Assembly (NCBI GenBank): GCA_973895155.1
Contig: OZ316899.1
Coordinates: 13,209,934-13,273,933 of the forward strand
DNA: 64,000 nucleotides
DNA from: Marsupella aquatica
Lineage: Eukaryota > Plantae > Marchantiophyta
Direction of reading: 5' to 3'
The notes beneath the pieces were generated by a model that did no database searches, had not been told where the DNA came from, and was given only the letters and a program-made list of their open reading frames with translations. Position numbers and translations under genes: made by a program. Shown piece by piece: positions 1 to 11,406 of the stretch; the first letter of the stretch is position 1; each line of letters begins with the position of its first letter.

Positions 1-1194
1 CCCGTGATTCGACTCGATGGTCACCTTCGGGTAATCTAAAGATCATCTTGAGCCGTTCTTCCGTGAGGGACATATTGCTTCCCCGCAGCCAAGTATGTTG
101 ACGTGCGTCATCATAATTCTTGGCGAATTCCGTCATGTCCTCCCCGTAGTACCTGCAAGTGTTCCAGGGGAGAGAGGCGAGGTGCTCGAATCCCTGAGTC
201 TTCAGGTACACCGCATGCTTGGGATGGAGGATGTTCTTATGCAAGTTTTCCCCCATGCGGTGCATTGTCACCTTGGCCACGGCTACCGTGGCCAATGGTA
301 ACCCGGATGCAGTGGCGGGTTCCTTCCTCTTCTTCCCCCGTGACTGGCTCGGGGAGGGTGACACCTCCCCATCCTCTCTATCGGGCATAGGTAGTGCTAC
401 CGCCGTTAGTATTGGGCCCGGGCGGCCACGGTCACCGTGTTGTCTGCTGGAGCCGCTCCTTGGGTCCGAGCATGGGGAGGGGACGATGTAGTGTCGGCCC
501 CCTGAGTGTTTGCTCCTCTGGGCCGCCCGAGCAAGGGTGGGGTAGCCTCGTCGTCGTCGCTAAGGTCCACAGCGTTGATGACGGAGCGTACTTGTACTGC
601 TGGCGGGGCGATCGGCGGTGGGGGTTGGCTAGGCTGAGACTGAGACTGAGACTGAGACTAAAGCTGAGCCTGAGTCTGAGTCTACGTTGGTGCGGGTACG
701 GGTATGGGGTCGACTGGGCCGGCGCCGGCGGTTGCGGGTCTAGTTCCCATGAAGCTCTGCAGGTGCTGGTAGAAGTTCTCCAAAGCAAGTGCAGACGACC
801 TTGTCGAACGGGTAGTGCTGGACTCGCTATTGATGATAGCCCGAACCTGAGCAAGGATGTGGTTGAAGTGATGTCGTTGCAAGTCCATCGTACCCAGGAT
901 ATTGAAGACCTCGTCCGGAAGCCAAAGCAATGCTTCCCAAAAACCGATATATTTGTCTCCGTTGAAGAAGTACCCAGATACCTCTGCTGGTCGGTAAAGC
1001 TCGCTTTGAGACGGGTAGTCAAAGTTAAGGATGTAGTGGTGTCGTCCTGCTAGGCGGATGGCTCTCTCGTACTCGCGTTCAATTTCATATTGGCACGGGT
1101 TGGCGTGTTTCAATGAGTCGGCCAAGTGTCTTCCGGTAGATAGGAACTGCGTCCAGAATCAAATGGCCAAACTGGAGAGGATCGTGTGCGACAT
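1..1194 (-). pseudogene. 3'-LTR copy of the LTR-encoded accessory ORF (N-terminal part, premature stops)
   Basis: Same protein as 11298->10110 (MSHTILSS..., SLKHANP..., FGLPEGDHR), with stops near 1160 and 682. Confidence 0.8.
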
Positions 1195-1651
1195 TCAGAG
1201 GAGATAGTAGTGGCGACTAAGAGCGAATGAGAGAGATGGGGTCAAAGCTGGCGCGTGGACTGATGGACTGGTGCACTACAAAGGGTCGGCTCCCTTGAGG
1301 GCTTGTTGATCCCCTGGCATCTCCTCATTGCCTATAGGCTGAACCGTTCACGCTCATAGTGTACCGGCCACTCCGCCAGTCTGAGTCACCGTGTGTCAGT
1401 GGACGCCTCCCGAAGTTTGTTATACGGACCCAAGGGAGGGGCCCCTCCACGCTCGTAACTCGGGCATGCGAATGGCGACGCGCCACTAGCCCAAACATGA
1501 ATTCCTCTTATTGACTAATGATTTCCTACTCATAATGGCTACCTAAATACTATCGTTATGCTAATCATAGTGACCTAAGAGACCCCTAACGCGCGTGCTA
1601 AGCATGGTTTAGACTGAATTACTCATTACTCGCCGTACCGGCAGTAGCACA
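1..1651 (-). repeat. 3' LTR (partial, cut by window edge) of the Athila-like element
   Basis: Starts TGTGCTACTGCCGG on the minus strand immediately after the PPT and is colinear with 11765->10110. Confidence 0.9.
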
Positions 1652-4600
1652 TAGCTCCCTGCTTAATTGTGAAGCGTCCTCGCGAACATCACTCTCGGCG
1701 TCGTCGTCTTGATGGTGGTATTTCTTTACACGATCGTAACTGACTCGCGTGGGGAGTAAATCGCCGGCGTACGTCGCAAGCTCCAAAGATCCGTTATGGT
1801 AGATCTGATTGACTAGGAAGGGCCCTAACCAACGGGTATGAAGCTTCCCTGGAAACTGCATATACCGACTATCGTACAGAAGAACTAGATCGCCTGTCAC
1901 GACGTCAACCTTCTGTAGTCCTTTGTCGTGCTGTTTCTTGGAAGTTGCCTGCTTCATTACGGCGTGTCGAGTTGCTAGTAGCCGTGCCTCTTCTAAGGCT
2001 TCAATCTGATAAGCTTGGTTTGACGAACTTTCAGATTCAGGTAAGCGATCCCGAATACTGACCCGTGGAGTGTGTACTTCAAACTTGACGGGTACCAACG
2101 AATGTTGGCCGAACATGAGAAAGTACGGGCTGTGACTCGTAGTAGTTTTGTAAGCTAGATTATACGAGTACACCGTTGCGTACAACTTATCGTCCCAATC
2201 CATTTTGTGCGCAGCTACAATTTTGTTGAAGATCTTCCCAATGATACCATTTGCTCTCTCTGTCATCCCATTGGCTTTAGGATGATACAGGGTAGTCTTG
2301 CGGTGCTTGACTAGGTAACGCTCCGTAAGCTGGGCTACAGTGTCATTGAGGAAGTGTGTTCCATGGTTGCTTACCAACTCTAAGGGTGGTCCGAACCGGG
2401 TGAAAATCTGTTCATATAAGAACCTGGCGCTGGTTGCGGCGTCGTCCTTCACCGTAGCCCGTGCTTCGACCCACTTGGTGGAGTAATCAATAGCTAGCAG
2501 GATGTACTTGCATCTTTGTCTTCGGGTAACGGGAGTAAATGGCCCGATATAATCAATACCCCACTTTTCGAACGGTGCTAATGGAAGCACGGACGTGAGA
2601 GGGTGATGATGAGCTCGTCTCGGGGCCCAGCCCGCTGACACAGGTCACAGCCCTTGATGAAGCGTTGTACATCCCGATGCAACGTAGGCCACCAATACCC
2701 TGAGTCCAGAATCTTTTGGGCTGTCGTGATAGCCGTGAAATGGCCTCCAACTTCTTCTTCATGCAAGGCCCGCATCACGATAAGCGTCTCCTTATACTCC
2801 AAGCAGCGTCGTAACTTCCCATTAACTCCTTCCTTATATAGGTGACCCTGTACCATGACGTAAGGCCCGACTTTCCGTAGAAACACAGCGGCGGCTTCCT
2901 GATTGATGCCGTCAAGGATGCGGCCTGTTAAGAGGAAGGTGATTATTGAGCCGTACCACGTTGGCGTCCCCGCCCCTACGTGGAACAACTCCTCATCCGG
3001 AAAAATATCATCAATTGGCTGATCGACTGGTATGCCGTCCAGCCTTGAAAAGAAGTCGGCATTGAGGTGTGCCTTTCCAGGCCGAACCCGAACTTCGTAG
3101 TTAAATTCCTGGAGAAGTAGCACCCACCGGGCTATCCATCCTGTCACGTCCGCTTTGTTGACCATGTACTTCAGGCTATCATGATCCGTGTGGAATATGA
3201 CCTTGTAGCCTAGTAGATAGTGTCGGAACTTTTTACATGAGTAGATTATTCCCAGAGCTTCTCGATCAGTGGGGGAATAATTCTTTTTGGCTATGAATAA
3301 TTGACGGCTAGCAAAGTAGATGGGGTGGTCGCGTCCGTCCTCATCAAGCTGACTGAGCACGGATCCAATACAGAACCCTGACACATCGACATACACGTGG
3401 AACTCCTTATTCCAGTCCGGAGTGACCATGATAGGTGCGGTGGTGAGTCTTTTATGGAGTTCTTCGAAAGCAATCCGTCTCCTGGGTGTCTCCTCGATCA
3501 CCGCGTCCTTTTTCATCATCTCAGTCAAGGGCAACGCTATTTTAGCAAAGTCTTTAATGAACCGACGGTAATACCCTACACAGCCCAAGAAGGATCGTAT
3601 CACTTTTTGATCTACGAGGAACACCACCGCCATCCAGGCCGCGACCTTCTCTTGGTCCACCTTGATACCCCGTTTGGACACATGATGCCCGAGTAACACT
3701 CCCTCCTCTACCCCGAAAAAGCATTTAGCGGGATGTAGTTTGAGGTTAACCTCTCGGCATCATTGTAACGTACGTCTTAGGTGTTCGGGGTGCATGGCGA
3801 TAGTTCCAAAGATGGCGAAGTCGTCGATAAATATCTCTAGAAATTCCTGTAGGAAATCATGGAAGATATTCATCATGAGTCGCTGAAACATGACCGGAGC
3901 GTTACACAGTCCGAACGGCATTCTCCGAAATGCGAAAGTCCCCCATTCCGTAGTGAACGTTGTTTTGAGCTGATCCAAGAGGCAAATCCAGATTTGGTTA
4001 TAACCCGAATACCCGTCAAGGAATGTATAAATTTCATTTTAGGCTACCATATCTAGAACCATATCCGTGAATGGTAACGGGTAATGGTCTTTTCGGGTCA
4101 CGTCGTGCAGCTAACGATAGTCCTGACAAATCCGGATCTTAGGTTTTCCGTCCGTTCCCCCCTTTTTTGGTACAATGACGATGGGAGAGACCCAGTCGTT
4201 GGCCATTACCAGGTAGATGATATCTGTGGCGAGGAGACGATCAATTTCCTCCTTCACTAAGATGGAGTACCTCGGGTTCATGCGACGTTGTTGCTGCCGT
4301 ACTGCATGGGCCCCCAGATTCAAATCGATCGTGTGTTCTCCTAACTTGGGGGAGACTCCTGTTAAATTGTGATGGCTCCATGCAAACACATCTTCATATT
4401 CCTTGAGCAGAGCTTGGATAGATTTTTCCGCCTCCCCCATCAGAGCGTGGCCCAGGTTAAACGATTTATCCATCCCAATGGTGTACTTCCGATAGTGCTC
4501 CTTCGTGATGACTTCAACCTGGTTCCGCAAGCTCGGGTCCAGGCTCGCATCAAGTTCAGCTAACCGAACTCCTCCGTACATGGGTGGAACCGGGATTGGT

Positions 4601-7600
4601 CTCGGGATTGGAGTTACTTCCTCCAACTGCGGGATGGACGGATCCCAGAAGACTCGTTTCTTATGTCTCGATCTCGGGTTTTCGGCCTCGGGTGGTTGTT
4701 TGGCTGGTTCGTGGTCACGAGGCTCTACACTGGTAGAAGCAGCATCGGCTCCTTGCTTAGCTGGAGCCGTGTCCTCCGTATCGATGAGTCGTTTTTGCGT
4801 TTCCTCATCCCAGGCAGTAGAGGTGCTCGGGGTGGGCTCAATAGCAGCCTTTGGGTAATTCAGGAGATGTGTTTCGCGGGTTGCCTCAACTCCGAAGACA
4901 TCTTCCTCGGACAGGGACGAGATGAGTTCAATCATGTTGAGTTCCCCTTCCTCTGAGGTCTCCGAATCATATTCCTCGGGTCCCTATGGGGTTTCGCCCT
5001 GATAATTGTCCATTGCCCATGATACCCGTACTGTGGGTGTCCCAAACCGTAGCTCCTTCTTTCCCCAATCCGTGACCACACGGCCACCGTATAGCCACGG
5101 CCTGCCTAGGAGGACCGGATAAGAGGAGGGCCGAACCGGCCTCATGACTAGGAAGTTGAGATAGAACTCCACCCCTCCTACCAGAGTGAGTACCCGTGTA
5201 AGCGTGCCCAATGGAAGTACCCTTGCCCCGTTTGCTAATCTGATAGCTCGGGCTGTGGGTTGATACGTGAGGTATCCTAACTTGATTGACGTTTCTTCAG
5301 TCATGATGTTGACTCCCGCTCCTCCGTCTACGAGAACCATCTTGATGGTACAATTATTAATTTCAATCGAGATGTCCGGCGCTCCCAGGTCCTCGCATAT
5401 CATGTTGCAATCCGCGATCCCAACTCGGGGTAGTCGTCTCCATCGTCGACCTGTAAGCAACTCCCTCAATTGCCGTCTGTACTGTGGATTGTTTTGCAGC
5501 AGTTGTCCTACCGTTGCTGTAACCGGGCAACTCTTCACGTCTTCCTTAATATCATAGTCCTCCTTCTTTTCTTCCTTCGGCTACTGCTTGGCTTCCTCTT
5601 GCTTATCTTGCTTTTCTTGCTCCTGTCGCCGGGCGGTCTCAACTGCTTTGATGTCCTTATCGATTGCCTTCTGGTATTCCCGAGCTTTGTAGGCCTCCAG
5701 CTGTTTCTTTACCAATTCTTCGATGCAGGGGAAAAATAGCTTCGGGTCGTCCAGTCGGTAGTCATCGTCCTTCTCCGGGGGTATATCTATCGCTGGCTGC
5801 ACCGGAGTAGTATCTTGCTTTTTCCTGCGTTTCTCCTCCTGCTTCTCTTCCTTCCGTTTGGCTCTTGTTGACACACGATAGCACTCAGCCTTGTTAGATG
5901 GATTAGGGTGTTCCGCCACGTCCACCAGATTCACCCACTCGGTGTTGTCATCTTGCCATTCCACCGCAATCATTTGGACGACCGCATCACTCGTGGCCGA
6001 TCCGCCCTGGGCTGGTCTTGTTGCATTTGTTCGAGCGGCCATTACCAATGGACAGTTGGCCATGGAATGAGTTTCCGTTTTGCAGACTTGACAAAGTGGC
6101 GTGCCACGGCCATCCCCCTGGCGTCTTGGTTCTGTGCATTCCCTCGCAAAATGGCCTGGTTTCTCACAGTTGTAACAAACCGGGGATCGCCAAATCCTTG
6201 GTTTAGGAGGAATGCTAGGGTTACTGATAACTTGGGAGCCTCGGTCATTGTTTGGGTAGGGGTATGCAATTCTACTTGCTAAGTTACGCGGACCCACCGT
6301 TGAAATCTGATACACCGAATCAGGAGGGTCTTCAAAGAAATTTTCTGTGGACTCCGCTTCAGGTCCGGGGTTGTCGACATCATCTAAGTCCACCTGGTGA
6401 ACTCGGTTCTTCCATCTTGGGCATTCTTGCACGACATGCCCGGATTGGAAGCACTTTGAACACCACGCATGGGCTCAAATCTCAGATGGCTTCTTCTTCT
6501 CCACCGGCTTTTCCGCGAGATGTACTGATAGTGCTTTGAGGTGATCCATGATTTCGTTAAGCTTGTCTGCTTCGGCAGCCTTTGGATTGGGTATCGTTAT
6601 GCGAGTACAAGATTTGATTTTCCCCTCCTTCTTAACCCGCCTTTTCTTCTTCTTGCTCCGGCTCTCACTCTCCGAATCACTTCCTGATGAGCTGGAGGTG
6701 GAGGACCCGCTGTTCGAAGTTGAATCCGAACTAGATTTAGTCTCCGAACTGGATGAGGTCGAACGATGTTTCTTCTTCTTCTTGCGTTTCTTCTTCTTCT
6801 TGTCGTCTGATTCGGAGTCACTATCACTGAAGGTCTCGTACTTGCCCTTCTTGCGGCGTGCCCGCTGGCTTCGCCGGGAGTTATAGGTGGACTCCCGGTA
6901 GGTTTTGGCGCACGCTATGGCTGCTTGCATTGAAATTGGATTATTTTGGCGCACCCAGAATTGCATATTCATGGGCAAACCATGGAGGAACCATGTAAGC
7001 TGGAGTGCATCACCAGACCTGGGCCGTATTTTGGCAGCAAGTTTTTGAAACTTCTGAATGAACTTTCGCAGAGACTCCTTTTTTCCCATGCAAAGCTGGC
7101 CGATCTTTAATAGCGAGCGCTGCTCGGATCCAATAGCACAAAATTCTTGCAGCAATGCAGCTTGGAATTGTGCCTATGTAGTCCCGGGTGGCAGCGAGTT
7201 GTACCATGGACGAGCTTCTCCCTGCATCACTCCGGGGAGGACGGTTAACTTAATGGCGTCTTCCCCGTTAGCCTTAGCAGTGGCTTCAAACTCATCCAAC
7301 CATTCATCCGGATCATCCCCATGACGCCCTTTGAAAGGTCGATAATGAAACCGCGATCATTGCGATATTTGTGGAGGAGCTTGGGCAGCGCAGGCCATCG
7401 GTGGGGCAGCTGCCATAGGTGGTGGCGGTGGTGGCGGTGGTGGCACAGGAACCGCAGTAGGACCGGTCGAACCGGACCCCGAAGGTCCCGGTGGTATATT
7501 CATTCATCGGGGCGATTGCGAGTCCTTCGAGCCCAAAGAATCGGAGCTTGTTGTGGTCGCACCTTCTCGTTCGCTGGTCAATCTCCTCAAGTAAGCTGCT

Positions 7601-7620
7601 TGAGAACGAGTGACGGGCAT
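1619..7620 (-). pseudogene. gag-pol: gag-pol polyprotein (Gag with 3 CCHC knuckles, protease, RT, RNase H, integrase); several in-frame stops and one frameshift near 2620
   Basis: Starts MPVTRSQ at 7620. Knuckles CFKCFQSGHVVQEC, CYNCEKPGHFAREC, CQVCKTETHSMANC. Protease VLVDGGAGVNIM. RT WVSPIVIVPKK, MPFGLCNAP, IFIDDFAIF. RH FHVYVDVS...TDHDSL. Integrase WGIDYIGP...ANGMTER. ORF pieces from 7155 to 3699 share one frame. Confidence 0.95.
1652..1664 (-). promoter_or_regulatory. Polypurine tract of the Athila-like element
   Basis: Minus-strand AAGCAGGGAGCTA directly before the TG that starts the 3' LTR; homology to the 5' LTR stops here. Confidence 0.7.
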
Positions 7621-7712
7621 TTACTCGTGTAAATGCGACGGTTAGTACTAGGGCCTGGTGTATTCTGCCTAGGCAAATACGCACATGTCTCCCCTCTACG
7701 ATATGTAGAGTG

Positions 7713-7731
7713 CCCCCTCCATCTAGCACCA
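7713..7731 (-). promoter_or_regulatory. Candidate primer-binding site (TGGTGCTAGATGGAGGGGG)
   Basis: TGG-initiated motif between the inferred LTR end (7745) and the gag ATG (7620). It lies 13 nt from the LTR end, which is atypical; the tRNA was not identified. Confidence 0.45.
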
Positions 7732-8646
7732 AAAACAAAGGCTATGTCACGTCATCAGCCTTGGCCTTAACTCGGGCTTCAACTTTAAATGGACACATCC
7801 TTCGTAAATATGAGGGTTCGGGCAGGGAGGGAAGAACGTAATGCACCTAATTCATGTAAACTAGCGCTAAGTGCGCCTACTGTTAGATACGGACATCTCC
7901 TAGGTATGGTTTGTATTCCACCACCGGAACGTACCTTAGTCGATAATAGGATTGACCCCGGCTTAAGGACTTCTAAGCCTTCGTGTTGTCCGCCTTCGAT
8001 CCGGATTCAATGATACAGGTCCTCAACCCGTGCTCGCAACCACATACCCGCAAGCTGCACCCCATGCACGACTCGGGTAGTGCGTTCGGCCCGGCGTTGT
8101 CACCTATACACAAGATTCACACACACACATACACGCGCACAAGCATTCAATCTTGATTTACACGAAGGAAATAATGGGAAAGGATTTTACTACATAGGGG
8201 ACATATGCGTACACTTGGTTGACCCGACAGCTCCAGAATGAACAAGTTCAAGGCCGAGGGAGTACACTACAACGGAGCCCGGCTCCGCACTCGCCCGACG
8301 AGCTTAGTCCTACCCCCTCCCCTTGGTACTCTTTCATTCCCAGTGGTCGGGACTCCCCGCACATACCACGGATGTCCAACTCTGAGACTAAAAACCCCCT
8401 CCCTGCCTCTACCAAGGGGTGCACTAAATACTAAGGGCCGAGGGACGGAGTGTCCTCTCGGCCGAAGATTCGCTGACTTAGGTCCTAACTAATCTGACTG
8501 TCAGGCCGAAAAATGGCTGTGTCTTATTAGAAGATCCTAATTTACGCAGGCTGGACAGCATGGCAGTGCTGCTGTAACTAAGGCAGGTGCCTGTCCCAAT
8601 TGCCTGACTTAGCTATTCCTAACCCTATTCTATTCCTACTCCGCCA

Positions 8647-11298
8647 CTAATGCCTGGCACGCTTGCCAGAGCCGCCCGAGTGGGAGCGGCCATCCCGCTG
8701 CTTACGAAGTTTGTCGTTGTCTGCCTTGAGGAGCTGGACCTGGTCCAGCAGAGATTCGTTCTCTCGCTTCGCCGTGTCTGTCTCCTCCGCTGCCTCCTGG
8801 CATGCCTCCTCCAGCTGCTGGGCGTCGCTCATCAGCTTGCCCGCCAGCTGGTCCTACTTCTCGGCTTTGGTTTGGAGCCGCGCCACTTTGGCCTGTAGCG
8901 TGGCTATCTCCGTAGTGTCTCGCTGGGCCCGTTCTTTGGCCTCCTCCAGTCTTTCTGCCAGATGACAGTTTGATTCTTCAAACTATCAATCTGGTTCCGG
9001 AGTCGTGCAATCTCAGCCTCGTTCCCAGCTTTGGCCTGCTCGGCTAGGGCGGTAAGGGCGTGCGCCTTTACTAACAACTCATCGGCGGCTGCAACTTTGG
9101 GTCGTAGTTGCAGAAGCTCAGCCTCTTGAGCCGCAACTTCATTCTTTAAGTATACGGACTCCACCCGGTACCGCTCAATCCTCTGAAGGGCCTCTGACTG
9201 GGCCCGACCTGCCTTTACTGCGGCAACTAACTCCTGATTGAAGAAACAGGCTACCTTCCGGGCCATGAACTCCCCGATATCCCGGGCAATTTGATGAGAG
9301 AAATCTCCCAGAAGCCCGTTCAGAAATGTACCCGGTATGAAGAGTTCCAAGTGGTCCAGGTTGTGCCTATCTGGAGTTAGGCACGGGGTAGACGTCAACA
9401 CGCGCGGGGGCCGGGGCAGTGACATCCAACCCTGGGGACGTAATGTTGGAAGGGGCTAGAGTGTCCTCCTGCAGCAATGTCCGGCGCTCTGGAATAGCCA
9501 CCGGTGGGTCGTTGGGAGACCCGGGCTCGAGTAAGGCCTCCGCTGTACTGACTTCTGTACTTAGCCCGGCCTGTTGGATCGCATCTACGGTTGCGATAAC
9601 CGACCCATCCGGTACCTCCTCGGTTATGACTACAACTACTTATGGAGGTGGGGTGGGTGAAGCTTGCTTGTCCGCTGGACTTCGGGCCTCGGGTTGGGGC
9701 CGTCTCTCCAAGGCCAGGAAAACCCACCTAGTTGGGCCCAACTTTGTAACGTTGACACAGGGAAGGGTTCGTCGATCAAACCGAGCGTACCACTCAAGAA
9801 TGATCTCGATGTGGCTAGCGAAATACGCCTTCCCGCCAATGTACAGCGTCTTCCTTCGCCGCTCCATCTCTTCATGGAATTTCTTAGCGAAGTACAATGC
9901 CCACTTCCTAGGTCGATAGTTCTCGACCTGGATAACCTGGGCGGCGGAGATCTCCCCCCGGGGTTCCATCATGTGGAGGGCGTACCTTTGGAACTCCAGT
10001 CGCTCAGCTATCTCGGGGATGAGGCAGGTCCTCATCACGAACCCGTTGTCCACTGCTCCCTCTGAGGGAAAACTCGAGGATTGGTACTTGGCTCCCTTGC
10101 CCCCGGGAGCCCGTGATTCGACTCGATGGTCACCTTCGGGTAATCCGAAGATCATCTTGAGCTGTTCTTCCGTGAGGGACATATTCCTTCCCCGCAGCCG
10201 AGTATGTTGATGTGCGTCATCATAATTCTTGACAAATTCCGTCATGTCCTCCCCGTAGTACCTGCAAGTGTTCCAGGGGAGAGAGGCGAGGTGCTCGAAT
10301 CCCTGATTCTTCAGGTACACCGCATGCTTGGGATGGAGGATGTTCTTATGCACGTTTTCCCCCATGCGATGCATTGTCACCTTGGCCACGGCTACCGTGG
10401 CCAATGGTAACCCGGATGTAGTGGCGGGTTCCTTCCTCTTCTTCCCCCGTGACTGGCTTGGGGAGGGTGACACCTCCCCATCCTCTCTATCGGGCATAGG
10501 TAGTGCTACCGCCGTTAGTATTGGGCCCGGGGCGGCCACGGTCACCGTGTTGTCTGCTGGAGCCGCTCCTTGGGTCCGAGCATGGGGAGGGGACGATGTA
10601 GTGTCGGCCCCCTGAGTGTTTGCTCCTCTGGGCCGCCCGAGCAAGGGTGGGGTAGCCTCGTCGTCGTCGCTAAGGTCCACAGCGTTGATGACGGAGCATA
10701 CTTGTACTGCTGGCGGGGCGATCGGCGGTGGGGGTTGGCTAGGCTGAGACTGAGACTGAAGCTGAGCCTGAGCCTGAGTCTGAGTCTGCGTTGGTGCGGG
10801 TACGGGTATGGGGTCGACTGGGCTGGCGCCGGCGGTTGCGGGTCTAGTTCCCATGAAGCTCTGCAGGTGCTGGTAGAAGTTCTCCGAAGCAAGTGCAGAC
10901 GACCTTGTCGAATGGGTAGTGCTGGACTCGCTGTTGATGATAGCCCGAACCTGAGCAGGGATGTGGTCGAAGTGATGTCGTTGCAAGTCAATTGTACCCG
11001 GGATATTGAAGACCTCGTCCGGAAGCCGAAGCAATGCTTCCCAGAAACTGATATATTTATCTCCGTTGAAGAAGTACCCAGATACCTCTGTTGGTCGGTA
11101 AAGCTCGCTCTGAGATGGGTAGTCAAAGTTAAGGATGTAGTGGTGTTGTCCTGCTAGGCGGATGGCTCTCTCGTACTCGCGTTCGATTTCATATCGGCGC
11201 GGGTTGGCGTGTTTCAATGAGTTGGCCAAGTGTCTTCCGGTAGATAGGAACTGCGTCCAGAATCGAATGGCCGAACTGGAGAGGATCGTGTGCGACAT
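8647..11298 (-). pseudogene. LTR-encoded accessory protein, ~880 codons (N-terminal domain, P/Q linker, conserved plant-transposon-type domain, coiled coil, basic tail); one stop and two frameshifts
   Basis: A 552-aa ORF (11298-9640) continues in frame past TAA to ~9370, then shifts into 9425-8904, then into 8832-8647. Domain GFEHLASLPW...EFVKNY...TRLRG...LT...IFGLPEG...NGF...C..P; C-terminus ...GSGKRARH. Confidence 0.8.
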
Positions 11299-11399
11299 TC
11301 AGAGGAGATAGTAGTGGCGACTAAGAGCAAACGAGAGAGCTGGGGTCAAAGCTGGCGCGTGGACTGATGGACTGGTGCACTACAAAGGGTCGGCTCCCT

Positions 11400-11406
11400 T
11401 TTTATA
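11400..11406 (-). promoter_or_regulatory. TATA box (TATAAAA) ~108 bp upstream of the LTR-ORF ATG
   Basis: Minus-strand GGTATAAAAAGGG. The corresponding 10 bp are deleted in the 3' LTR copy (~1296). Confidence 0.55.

Noticed and set aside
394-1053. 219-aa plus-strand ORF (and its twin at 10570-11157) with an RLRLRL/SLSL repeat
   Set aside because: Antisense shadow of the LTR ORF. The repeat is a CTGAGN hexamer run that differs by one in-frame unit between the LTR copies.
8647-11298. Calling the LTR ORF an envelope gene
   Set aside because: No signal peptide or transmembrane stretch is visible; the composition (coiled coil, basic tail) suggests a soluble nuclear protein.
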